Origin: Acetobacteraceae bacterium
GTDB lineage: Bacteria; Pseudomonadota; Alphaproteobacteria; Acetobacterales; Acetobacteraceae
Reading direction: 5' to 3'
NCBI GenBank assembly: GCA_965198995.1
Contig: CBDAQG010000002.1
Span: forward strand, 1,141,232 to 1,205,231
DNA: 64,000 nt
Within the stretch, counting starts at the first letter, position 1. Each line of letters opens with the position of its first letter. This document shows positions 1-8,855 of this stretch, in pieces. Below the pieces are notes generated by a model. It was not told the origin of the DNA. It did not search any database and saw only the letters and a program-made list of their open reading frames with translations. Both the position numbers and the translations under genes were made by a program.

Positions 1-960
<960 letters not shown>

Positions 961-1046
961 GGCTGGTTTGGTTTAGCGGCTGTCGGGGTTGTTCGCCACG
1001 ATGGGGTCGTCTAAAGCGCCGGCAACCAGAGCACAGGATCAGCCCG

Positions 1047-1469
1047 ATGGCGACCGAGCGCACGCTTTCCATCCTCAAGCCGGACGCGACGCGTCGCCAC
1101 CTGACCGGCAAGATCAACGCCATGTTCGAGGGTGCGGGGCTGGCGATCATCGCGCAGAAGCGGCTGCAGCTGACGGTGGCGCAGGCCGAGGGGTTCTACG
1201 CGGTGCATCGCGAGCGCCCGTTCTTTCGCGATTTGGTGAGCTTTATGGTCTCGGGGCCGGTGGTGGCGCAGGTGCTCTCCGGCGAGGACGCGGTGGCGGC
1301 GCATCGCAAGATCATGGGCGCGACGGACCCGAAGAAGGCGGAGCCGGGGACCGTTCGGGCGGAGTTCGCGGAAAGCATCGAGGCGAACTCGGTGCATGGG
1401 TCGGATAGCGCGGAGAACGCGGCTGTCGAAATCAGCTACTTCTTTTCGGCGATTGAGATCGTTCAGTAA
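1047..1469 (+). CDS. ndk: nucleoside diphosphate kinase
   Basis: The 140-aa ORF starts [14 protein letters not shown], contains [15 protein letters not shown], and has the active-site NSVHGSDS motif. Length is full for Ndk. Confidence 0.97.
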   Translation: MATERTLSILKPDATRRHLTGKINAMFEGAGLAIIAQKRLQLTVAQAEGFYAVHRERPFFRDLVSFMVSGPVVAQVLSGEDAVAAHRKIMGATDPKKAEPGTVRAEFAESIEANSVHGSDSAENAAVEISYFFSAIEIVQ

Positions 1470-1667
1470 AGCAAGGGGCTTTGCCTCCGTGAGCCTTTCC
1501 AACTGCGCTCCGCGCAGTCGGAACCTTTGGCTCACTCCGCCCCTCGACCCCACCGTCATGCGCCAGCGTGCTTCGCACGACGGCCGGCGGCCTTTCGAAA
1601 CCAATTAGTTAAGGGGTCTGGGGCCGCGGGCCCCAGCGAGGTCCAGGAGCAGAGCTCCTGGCCTTTC
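1470..1667. repeat. cluster of GC-rich hairpin repeat modules (A-left with nested B, then C, D, E)
   Basis: Contains gtgagcctttccaactgcgc..gcgcagtcggaacctttggctcac (module B), ctggggccgcgggccccag (D) and gtccaggagcagagctcctggcc (E). The same modules recur at more than 10 other intergenic sites in this window. Confidence 0.85.
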
Positions 1668-1668
1668 T

Positions 1669-1824
1669 TTAAACCAGAAAGATCGCCATCAGGATCACCA
1701 GCACGGCGACGGCGACGATTGCCTTGAACGAGAAGCGGGTGAACGATTCCCAGAAGATCTGGCGGTCGGAGACAAAGGCGTCGACGGTGGTCTGCGTCGG
1801 GGGAGCGGTCGGGGGCTTGGCCAT
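1669..1824 (-). CDS. small (51 aa) single-pass membrane protein, possibly aa3-type cytochrome oxidase subunit IV-like
   Basis: My own translation gives MAKPPTAPPTQTTVDAFVSDRQIFWESFTRFSFKAIVAVAVLVILMAIFLV*. It is below the 60-aa cutoff of the ORF track. It has a C-terminal TM helix and GC-rich codon third positions. The family assignment is from memory only. Confidence 0.45.
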   Translation of the reverse strand: MAKPPTAPPTQTTVDAFVSDRQIFWESFTRFSFKAIVAVAVLVILMAIFLV

Positions 1825-1857
1825 GACGCCTCAGGTGGGGTTCGCGGTGGGCCGGTT

Positions 1858-2493
1858 CTAGGACCCGGGGGAGCGCCAGGGCAAGAGGTTGACCAGCGCG
1901 GCCGTTGGATCGGCGGGCGGCGAGGGGGCGCCGGCGGCGAGGCGGAGCGCTTGCGGGTAGAGGCGGTGCTCCTGTGCGAGCACGCGGGCGGCGAGGGTGG
2001 CCTCGGTGTCGTCGTGCAGCACCGGAACCGCCGCCTGAGCGAGGATCGGGCCCTCGTCCATGACCTCGGTGACCAGGTGGACGGTGCAGCCGTGCAGGGC
2101 GACGCCGGCGGCAAGCGCCCGGGCATGCGTGTTGAGGCCGGGAAAGGCGGGTAGCAGGCTGGGATGGATGTTCAGCATTCGGCCTTGCCAGCGGCCGACC
2201 AGATAGGGGGTCAGGAGGCGCATGTAGCCGGCGAGGCAAACGAGGTCGATGGCGCGGGCGGTGAGTGCGGCGTCGATGGCCGCCTCGTGGGCGGCGCGGT
2301 CGCGGCCGTGGGGGCGGTGGTCGAGGCAGAGGGCCTCGATGTTGTGACGGGCGGCGGTGGCGAGGCCGGCGGCGTCAGGGCGGTTGGAGAGGACGAGCGC
2401 GATCTCGGCGGGGTAGTCGGCGGCGCTGGCGGCCTCGATCAGGGCGGCGAGGTTGCTGCCGCGGCCGCTGATCAGGACCGCAACTCTTCTCAC
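1858..2493 (-). CDS. purN: phosphoribosylglycinamide formyltransferase
   Basis: The ORF shows [19 protein letters not shown], then LAGYMRLL and [12 protein letters not shown], which are classic PurN motifs. It overlaps the purM stop by 4 nt. Confidence 0.95.
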   Translation of the reverse strand: MRRVAVLISGRGSNLAALIEAASAADYPAEIALVLSNRPDAAGLATAARHNIEALCLDHRPHGRDRAAHEAAIDAALTARAIDLVCLAGYMRLLTPYLVGRWQGRMLNIHPSLLPAFPGLNTHARALAAGVALHGCTVHLVTEVMDEGPILAQAAVPVLHDDTEATLAARVLAQEHRLYPQALRLAAGAPSPPADPTAALVNLLPWRSPGS

Positions 2494-3548
2494 CTGAACC
2501 AGCTGGCTGGTGGAGTGATTACCGCGGTCGCCGGCTGGTCTGCCGGTCCGGGCTCGATGTGGCCGATGAGGGTTGCCGTCTCGCCGTGGTCGGCGAGGAG
2601 GGCGAGGGCTGCGGCCGGGTCGGGGACGATCAGGGCCATGCCGACGCCGCAGTTGAAGACGCGCAGCATCTCGTCGTCCGCGATGCCGGCGGTGGTGGCG
2701 AGCCAGCCGAACACCGGCGGCGGAGTCCAGGCGGCGAGGTCGAGGCGGGCGACCAGGCCGGGGGTCAGGGCGCGGGGGACGTTGCCGGGCAGGCCGCCGC
2801 CGGTGATGTGGGCGGCGGCGTGCAGCAGTCCGGCGCGGTGCAGCGCCAGCACGGGATGCACGTAGAGCCGGGTCGGCGTGAGTAGGGCTTCGCCGAGGGT
2901 TTGGGCGGGGGCGAAGGGGGCTGGGTCTTGCCAGGCGAGGCCGGCGCGGTCGACGACCTGGCGGACCAGGGAGAAGCCGTTCGAGTGGAGGCCGGAGGAG
3001 GGTAGCGCCAGCACGCTGTCGCCGACGGCGACCTGGCCCGGCAGCAGCGCGCCGCGCTCGGCCGCGCCGACGGCGAAGCCGGCCAGATCATAGTGGTTGG
3101 CGGCATACATCCCGGGCATTTCGGCCGTCTCGCCGCCGACCAGGGCGCAGCCGCAGGCCGCACAGGCCTCGGCGATGCCGGCGATGACGGTGGCGGCCTG
3201 CTCGACGGAGAGCTTGCCGGTGGCGAGATAGTCGAGGAAGAACAGCGGCTCGGCGCCCTGGACCACGAGGTCGTTGACGCACATCGCGACCAGGTCGGCG
3301 CCGATGGTGGCGTGCAGGCCGGTTTCGATGGCGAGCAGCAGCTTGGTGCCGACGCCGTCGGTGCAGGCGACCAGCACCGGATCGGTGAAGCCGGCGGCGC
3401 GCAGGTCGAACAGGGCGCCGAAGCCGCCGAGGCCGCCGAGGACGCCGGCGCGCGCGGTGCGGCGGGCGGCGGGCTTGATCGCCTCGACCAGGGCGTCGCC
3501 GGCCTCGATGTCCACGCCGGCCTGCCGGTAGCTCGCGCCGTTCTGCAT
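2490..3548 (-). CDS. purM: phosphoribosylformylglycinamidine cyclo-ligase (AIR synthetase)
   Basis: The 352-aa ORF reads [28 protein letters not shown] and DGVGTKL, and covers the full PurM length. Confidence 0.96.
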   Translation of the reverse strand: MQNGASYRQAGVDIEAGDALVEAIKPAARRTARAGVLGGLGGFGALFDLRAAGFTDPVLVACTDGVGTKLLLAIETGLHATIGADLVAMCVNDLVVQGAEPLFFLDYLATGKLSVEQAATVIAGIAEACAACGCALVGGETAEMPGMYAANHYDLAGFAVGAAERGALLPGQVAVGDSVLALPSSGLHSNGFSLVRQVVDRAGLAWQDPAPFAPAQTLGEALLTPTRLYVHPVLALHRAGLLHAAAHITGGGLPGNVPRALTPGLVARLDLAAWTPPPVFGWLATTAGIADDEMLRVFNCGVGMALIVPDPAAALALLADHGETATLIGHIEPGPADQPATAVITPPASWFR

Positions 3549-3578
3549 CGGCGCTGTCTAGGCCGGCGGTAAAGACAA

Positions 3579-3808
3579 GGCCAGGGGCTTTGCCCCTGGA
3601 CCCTATTAAAGGCGGAGCCTTTAAAATCCATTTGTTTATTCGTGTTCCGATCGGGAGCTCGGTGGCGCGGGAGGCTGGGTTGAATGGCTTCGCCAAGCAA
3701 GGAAGAGGGAGCTTGGACTCCAAACGGATGCGGGTCTGGGGGCGCCGCCCCCGTCGTGCGAATGCACGCTGGCGCGTGACGGGTCCAGGAGCAGAGCTCC
3801 TGGCCTTC
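3579..3808 (+). repeat. composite GC-rich repeat element (copy 1 of a roughly 180-235 bp element) plus D/C/E modules
   Basis: It starts aaggccaggggctttgcccctggaccctattaaaggcggagcctttaaaatccattt, includes ttgaatggcttcgccaagcaag, and ends acggatgcgggtctgggggcgccgccccc. Reverse-complement copies lie at 14054-14284 and about 29850-30014. Confidence 0.85.
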
Positions 3809-5392
3809 CTTCTCTCCGCTTTGCTGAGCCTGCCAGCAGCCGCTTCGCCGCCTTGCGGCGTTGCGGTCATGCCGCTGGACGGTGCGATCTCGTCGTTGCA
3901 TCCGCTGCTCACCCACTCGGTGTCGGACGCGGCGATCTTCACCCAGCTGTTTCGGCCGCTGCTGTGGTTTGACCATGATGGGGCGATCGATTTTGCCGAC
4001 AGCCAGGCGGACGCGATCGACGTCTCGGCGGACCGGATGGTGTTTCGCATCACGCTGAAGCCGTGGCGCTGGTCGGACGGGCGGCCGGTGACGGCGGACG
4101 ACCTGGTGTATGGGTTCGAGCTGATCCGGAAGTTGGGCGCGGCCTACTTCAATGCGGGCGTGGGCGGGATGCCGGGGCTGGTTGCCGCGGTCAGCGCCGA
4201 GGCGCCGTTGACGCTGGTGGTGCGCACGGTGCGGCCGGTCAATCCGGAGTGGTTTGAGGGGTTGGGGCTGGCGAACCTCATCGCCTTGCCGCGGCATGCC
4301 TGGGGCGGCGTGCCGCTGGCGGTGCAGCAGGTGCGGCAGGCGGACCCGGCGTTTCTGTCGGTGGTGGATGGGCCGTTCCGGCTGGCGCGGCTGGCGCCGG
4401 GGCGGTTTGTCGCGCTGACGCCGAACCCGGCGTGGCGCGGGCATCCGGTGGGGGTGGATCGGCTGGTGGTGCAGTTCGTCACCGGCACGCAGTCGCTGAC
4501 CCTGCTGCGGGCCGGCGAGCTCGATGTGGCGAACTTGCCGGTGAGCCTGCTTGCGGTCGCCGATCATTTGACGGGTTTTCGTCGGGTCGTGTTGCGGGAC
4601 GATCAGTCGCTGCAATACCTGGCCTACAACTTCGCCAATCCGGCGACGGCGTTTTTTCGCGAGCTCGGCGTGCGGCAGGCGATCGCCGATGCGATTGACC
4701 AGGCGGGGTTGATCGCGGTCGTGGACCGCGGCCTGGCGGCGGCGGTGCATGGGCCGGTGCCGGACGCGATGGCGGGGTTCTGCTCGGCGGCGGCGCGCGC
4801 CGGGCGCTGGTCGACGGGCTACGATCCGGCGCGGGCGCGGGCGCTGCTGGCGGCGGCGGGGTTTACGCCCGGGGCGGACGGGGTGCTGCAGCGGCGCGGA
4901 GTGCGGCTGGCATGGACCGACCTGGTGCCGGCGGGGGCGGAGGCGGTGCTGCTGACCGGGCAGGTGGTGCAGGCGGAGCTGGCGGCGGTGGGGATCCGGA
5001 TGGCGCTGCAGCCGATGGAGCTCAACCAGTTCATCGAGACGACCTACAACCATCCGCTCGGCTGGCAGAGCGTCTCGGGCGTGACCGGCATCGGGGTGTA
5101 TCCGGCGCTGGATGATTTCGGCAGCGCGTCGTCGATGAACGCCGGGCATTTCGCTGATCCGGCGGTGGATGCGCTGCTCGACCGGCTCTCGCGCGAGCCG
5201 GGGCGGGCGGCGCTGTTTGGGCTTGCGGACCGGCTGGCGGCGGAGCAGCCGCTGCTGTTCTTGCCGACGCCGCGGACGACGCTGCTGGTGGCGCCGGGGT
5301 TGGCGGGCGTTTCGGCGGCGTTTCAGACGGATTATTTCTGGAAGCTTGAGTATTTGAGGCTTGTTGGCGAGCGGCGCTGCCGATCGGGGTAG
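3728..5392 (+). CDS. ABC transporter substrate-binding protein, family 5 (peptide/nickel/opine type)
   Basis: The body of ORF 3590..5392 looks like SBP_bac_5 (LFRPLLWFDHDG, RITLKPWRWSDGRPVTADDLVYGFE, PNPAWRG, YDPARARALLAAAGF). The start is uncertain. The ATG at 3728 gives a signal-peptide-like N-terminus (MRVWGRRPRR..LLAFLLSALLSLPAAAS) that lies inside repeat modules. The first 46 codons of the track ORF are repeat sequence. Confidence 0.75.
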   Translation: MRVWGRRPRRANARWRVTGPGAELLAFLLSALLSLPAAASPPCGVAVMPLDGAISSLHPLLTHSVSDAAIFTQLFRPLLWFDHDGAIDFADSQADAIDVSADRMVFRITLKPWRWSDGRPVTADDLVYGFELIRKLGAAYFNAGVGGMPGLVAAVSAEAPLTLVVRTVRPVNPEWFEGLGLANLIALPRHAWGGVPLAVQQVRQADPAFLSVVDGPFRLARLAPGRFVALTPNPAWRGHPVGVDRLVVQFVTGTQSLTLLRAGELDVANLPVSLLAVADHLTGFRRVVLRDDQSLQYLAYNFANPATAFFRELGVRQAIADAIDQAGLIAVVDRGLAAAVHGPVPDAMAGFCSAAARAGRWSTGYDPARARALLAAAGFTPGADGVLQRRGVRLAWTDLVPAGAEAVLLTGQVVQAELAAVGIRMALQPMELNQFIETTYNHPLGWQSVSGVTGIGVYPALDDFGSASSMNAGHFADPAVDALLDRLSREPGRAALFGLADRLAAEQPLLFLPTPRTTLLVAPGLAGVSAAFQTDYFWKLEYLRLVGERRCRSG

Positions 5393-5397
5393 GAAAG

Positions 5398-5452
5398 CAG
5401 GCAAAGGGCTCTGCCCTTTGATCCCGGTAAAGGCGGAGCCTTTACAATCCAG
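5398..5452 (+). repeat. diverged module-A hairpin pair
   Basis: The sequence caaagggctctgccctttgatcccggtaaaggcggagcctttacaatcc is a variant of the ccaggggctttgcccctgg / taaaggcggagccttta unit. Confidence 0.7.
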
Positions 5453-5558
5453 CACGTTTTCATCGGCGTGCGGGCGCATTGACGGGCGCCGCAGCCGCGT
5501 GATCCGATCATCGAAAGAAACGCGGGCGGCGCTAGCCGACCATTGAAGGAGCGTCAGG

Positions 5559-7868
5559 ATGACCGTCTCGCAGCGCAGCGTGTTCATCGGCCAGGACACT
5601 CGGCTCGACAGTAATCCGGACAGCATTAACTATTTTGGCGTCTGGACGTCGGACGGTGCGACGGCCAGCGAAGCAACCCAATTGACAGCGCCAGCCGGCG
5701 ATACGGACGCTGGTCTGTCTAGCATCAGCACCGCTGCCGTCGTGCCTGGCTCGCTCGTTTTCGCCGTTGCTGATGATCCCTCTGGACCGCTGTTCGCGAC
5801 CGACCCCGTGAGTGGCTTGCCGGTCGAACTGTCAGTGCCCTCGCTGCCGACGTCCGACACGCCGATGGACGCCACTTCAATCAGCTCGTTGGTGCTGTTC
5901 AGCGCACAGGACAGCACCGGCGCCAGCGATCTATGGCGCACGGACGGCACGGCGGCCGGCACCTTCGCACTGGTCATACCGGCGGGTTTGTACTTGACCC
6001 AGGGTGGCGGGCTCAGCCCGACAAACATCACCGCCTTTGCGGCGGGCGCGCTATTTGTCGGTTCCAGCGCCGAAGGCTCCTCCGACCTGTTCTTCACAGA
6101 TGGCACCGGCGCCGGAACGCGACAGTTGATGGTGCTCTCCGGCCCAGGCGAGCCGGCAGAATTGGATCAACTCGGAAGGTCTCAAGGTCCATCGGACTAC
6201 TTCGATCCGATCGGCGTGATTGACGGCAGGCTACTATTTTTGACCACCCCTTCTGGCGGCGCTGGGTCTTTGTTGTCGACTGACGGAACCACGACTGGCA
6301 CCCTCACGCTTGCGTCGCTTGATGACGTGGGCGACGTCTCTGCCGCGCCTCTTGATGGACGCAACATCTACAGCAGCGCCGGCGCGCTGTTTACCACTGA
6401 TGGGAGTGCCGCCGGGTCGACGGAACTTGTTGCCGCCACGATCAACGATGCCGCCGCGGCGGGTATACCGGATTATTTCGCTGCTGCGGCTGATGCCGTC
6501 GTAACGGTTGACGCGTACGACCTGACGGCGCTGGGCAATAAGGTTGTCTTCGGCGTTTACGTCGAGGCGGACGGCGCATCGAGCTCTGAGTTGTACGTCA
6601 CCGATGGGACTGCGACCGGCACGCAGGTCATCGAGGTCAGCCATGAGGAAAGCGGCCTCTATGGGGGGTTTAGTCCGGGAGACCTGACGGCCTTTGGCTC
6701 GCACGCGCTGTTTGATGCACGCGATGCTGTCGGGACTGGGACTGCCTATGACGGCGCCGACGTCACTGATGGCTTGTGGATCACGGATGGCACCGCCGCC
6801 GGCACGGTCGAGATCGCGCCGGGCACGGATCCGTCGAACATCGTGGCACTCGCCAACGGTCTGGCTGAGTTCTCCGGCACGGATGGGCTCTACGTTACTG
6901 ACGGCACTGCTGTTGGCACGCATCTCATCGCCGCAACCGGCGCCGCGGCGGACGGGTTGGCGCCAACGACGATCTACGCCGTGCCGTCGCCGCTCGGCTT
7001 TACCGGCGTGCAGGCGCAGTACGACCTGGCGCCCGATGCTGCCGGAGCGTTGCAGGCGCGCGACCTGGTTGGCGGGCGGGATGGGAGCATCGTCGCGCCC
7101 GATGCCCGGGTGCTGAATTTCGGCGATGGCAGTACGGCGTTGTTTGACGCCAGCGGCAATGCCGAGGCGGTCGCGCGTATTTACCTGGCCGCGTATGACC
7201 GGGCGCCGGATATGGCCGGTCTGTCGTCCTACACGCAGCAGGCCGATGCGGGCACCGTGAGCCTTGCCCAGATCGCGGCCGCGGCGCCGGCCTCGGCGCA
7301 GTTCCTGTCGACCTATGGCGCGCTCAGCAACGCGCAGTTCGTCACCCAGCTTTACGAGAACGCGGATGGGCGGGCGCCTGACCCGGGGGGGCTGGCCGCC
7401 TATACCGGGGCGCTCGCTGCGGGGCAGACGCGCGGGGAGGTTCTGCTCGCCATTGCCGAGAGCCCGGAGGCGCGGCTGCATGGCATCGCCGTTGCCGGCA
7501 ATGCGGACGACGCGACGGTGGCGCGGCTGTACGAGGCGATCAATGCGCGGGCGCCGGATCCCGGTGGGCAGATCACCTATGCGACGGCGCTCGACAATGG
7601 GCAGAGCGTGCAGCAGATCGCGGCCGCGATGCTTGCCGGGCCGGAGTATGCGGCGGAGTTTGGCAACCCGGGCAACGCCGCCTTCGTCACCGACCTCTAC
7701 GCGAACCTGCTCGGCCGGGCGCCGGACCCGGCTGGGCTTGCCTCCTACACCGCCGACCTCGCCGGCGGGCAGAGCCGGGCTCAGCTGGTCGCGGGCTTCG
7801 TCGGCAGCGACGAGGCCCGCCTCGTCACCGCGCCGCTGACGCATCAGGGCTACGTGTCGGTGATCTAG
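5559..7868 (+). CDS. large repeat protein: ELWxxDGT-type repeats (N-terminal two thirds) plus four or more DUF4214 repeats (C-terminal third)
   Basis: AGGAG lies 8 nt upstream of the ATG. DLWRTDGTAAGT, DLFFTDGTGAGT, LLSTDGTTTGT, LFTTDGSAAGS, LYVTDGTATGT, LWITDGTAAGT and LYVTDGTAVGT recur about every 50-60 aa. The C-terminal repeats read like FVTQLYENADGRAPDPGGLAAYTGALAAGQTRGEVLLAIAESPE (DUF4214). There is no obvious Sec signal. Confidence 0.85.
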   Translation: MTVSQRSVFIGQDTRLDSNPDSINYFGVWTSDGATASEATQLTAPAGDTDAGLSSISTAAVVPGSLVFAVADDPSGPLFATDPVSGLPVELSVPSLPTSDTPMDATSISSLVLFSAQDSTGASDLWRTDGTAAGTFALVIPAGLYLTQGGGLSPTNITAFAAGALFVGSSAEGSSDLFFTDGTGAGTRQLMVLSGPGEPAELDQLGRSQGPSDYFDPIGVIDGRLLFLTTPSGGAGSLLSTDGTTTGTLTLASLDDVGDVSAAPLDGRNIYSSAGALFTTDGSAAGSTELVAATINDAAAAGIPDYFAAAADAVVTVDAYDLTALGNKVVFGVYVEADGASSSELYVTDGTATGTQVIEVSHEESGLYGGFSPGDLTAFGSHALFDARDAVGTGTAYDGADVTDGLWITDGTAAGTVEIAPGTDPSNIVALANGLAEFSGTDGLYVTDGTAVGTHLIAATGAAADGLAPTTIYAVPSPLGFTGVQAQYDLAPDAAGALQARDLVGGRDGSIVAPDARVLNFGDGSTALFDASGNAEAVARIYLAAYDRAPDMAGLSSYTQQADAGTVSLAQIAAAAPASAQFLSTYGALSNAQFVTQLYENADGRAPDPGGLAAYTGALAAGQTRGEVLLAIAESPEARLHGIAVAGNADDATVARLYEAINARAPDPGGQITYATALDNGQSVQQIAAAMLAGPEYAAEFGNPGNAAFVTDLYANLLGRAPDPAGLASYTADLAGGQSRAQLVAGFVGSDEARLVTAPLTHQGYVSVI

Positions 7869-7936
7869 GCGGGGTCGCCCACAGTCCCGGCCAGTGCTTC
7901 TGGCCGAGGACGCCTGCGAGCCGGTATGATGCGGCC

Positions 7937-8611
7937 ATGGAGGCGCCCCGCCAGCTCGTCCTGCCGTTCGCGCCGGTCGCGGCGCATTACCGCGCCGAGG
8001 ACTTCCTGGACGCGCCGTCCAACGAGGCGGCGCGACGCTGGCTCGAGGCGCCCGCCGATTGGCCGCTGCGGCGGCTGGCGCTGAGCGGGGCGGCGGGTTC
8101 GGGCAAGACGCATCTGCTGCACGGCTGGTCCGAGCGGCACGGCGCGACGCTGCTGGGCGGCTCGGCTCTGCGCGGGCTGATGCGCCGTTCCGGTCCGCTG
8201 GCGATCGACGACGCCGACCTGGCGCCGGAGCCGGAGACGCTGCTGCACCTGTTGAACGATGCCGCGGCGGGCGGGGCGCCGGTGCTGCTCGCCGGACGGC
8301 TGCCGGCGGCGCGCTGGCCGGTGCGGCTGGCCGACCTGCGCAGCCGGCTGCGCGCCACCGTGTCGGTCGAGCTCGAGCAGCCGGACGATGCGTTGCTGCG
8401 CGCGCTGTTGGCGCGACTGCTGGCCGAGCGGCAGCTCGCGGTGAGCCAGGCGGTGCAGGACTGGCTGCTCGCGCGGCTGCCGCGCAACGGCGCGGTGCTG
8501 CGCGAGGCGGCGAGCCGGCTGGACCGCGCCGCGCTGGCGGCCGGGCGGGCGGTGGATTACCGCCTGGCGGGCGACATCGTGCGGTGCCTTGATGCGGATG
8601 AGGCGCTATGA
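7937..8611 (+). CDS. hda: DnaA-regulatory inactivator Hda/HdaA-like AAA+ protein
   Basis: The ORF reads QLVLPF..AEDFLDAPSNEAA..LALSGAAGSGKTHLLHGW, the short Hda architecture with Walker A. Its position upstream of ppk-ppx matches the conserved alphaproteobacterial arrangement. Confidence 0.85.
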   Translation: MEAPRQLVLPFAPVAAHYRAEDFLDAPSNEAARRWLEAPADWPLRRLALSGAAGSGKTHLLHGWSERHGATLLGGSALRGLMRRSGPLAIDDADLAPEPETLLHLLNDAAAGGAPVLLAGRLPAARWPVRLADLRSRLRATVSVELEQPDDALLRALLARLLAERQLAVSQAVQDWLLARLPRNGAVLREAASRLDRAALAAGRAVDYRLAGDIVRCLDADEAL

Positions 8612-8620
8612 GCGACGTAA

Positions 8621-8825
8621 GGAAGGCCAGGGGCTTTCCTTTCGTGAGCCTTTCCAACTGCGCTGTGCGCAGTCGGAACCTTTGGCTCACTCCGCCCCTG
8701 GACCGCATTAAAGGCGGAGCCTTTGAAATCCATTCGTTAAGTGATGGGGGTCTGGGGCCTCAGGCCCCGTCGTGCGAATGCACGCTAGCGCGTGACGGAG
8801 TCCAGAGGCAGAGCCTCTGCCTTTC
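8621..8825. repeat. repeat cluster (module A with module B nested in its loop, then D, C, E)
   Basis: The A stem ggaaggccaggggctttcc...cccctggaccgcattaaaggcggagcctttgaaatccatt is interrupted by gtgagcctttccaactgcgctgtgcgcagtcggaacctttggctcac. It is followed by ggggtctggggcctcaggcccc and gtccagaggcagagcctctgcc. Confidence 0.85.
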
Positions 8826-8855
8826 TTTTTCAGCCAACCTGCTAGACTGCGGACC

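Noticed and set aside
2765-5626. A 953-aa minus-strand ORF. Similar very long ORFs include 6234..8708 (-), 19381..21696 (-), 24661..26979 (+), 25418..27412 (-), 29903..31930 (-), 40022..41839 (-), 48916..50679 (+) and 54270..56402 (+).
   Set aside because: Their translations are Arg/Pro/Ala/Gly-rich with no motifs. Each overlaps, in antisense or out of frame, a gene with clear family signatures (purM/SBP, the ELWxxDGT protein, gspF, gspD, prpD, the Hint protein, guaA, the TonB receptor). In DNA this GC-rich, stop codons are rare in all frames, so these are shadow ORFs.
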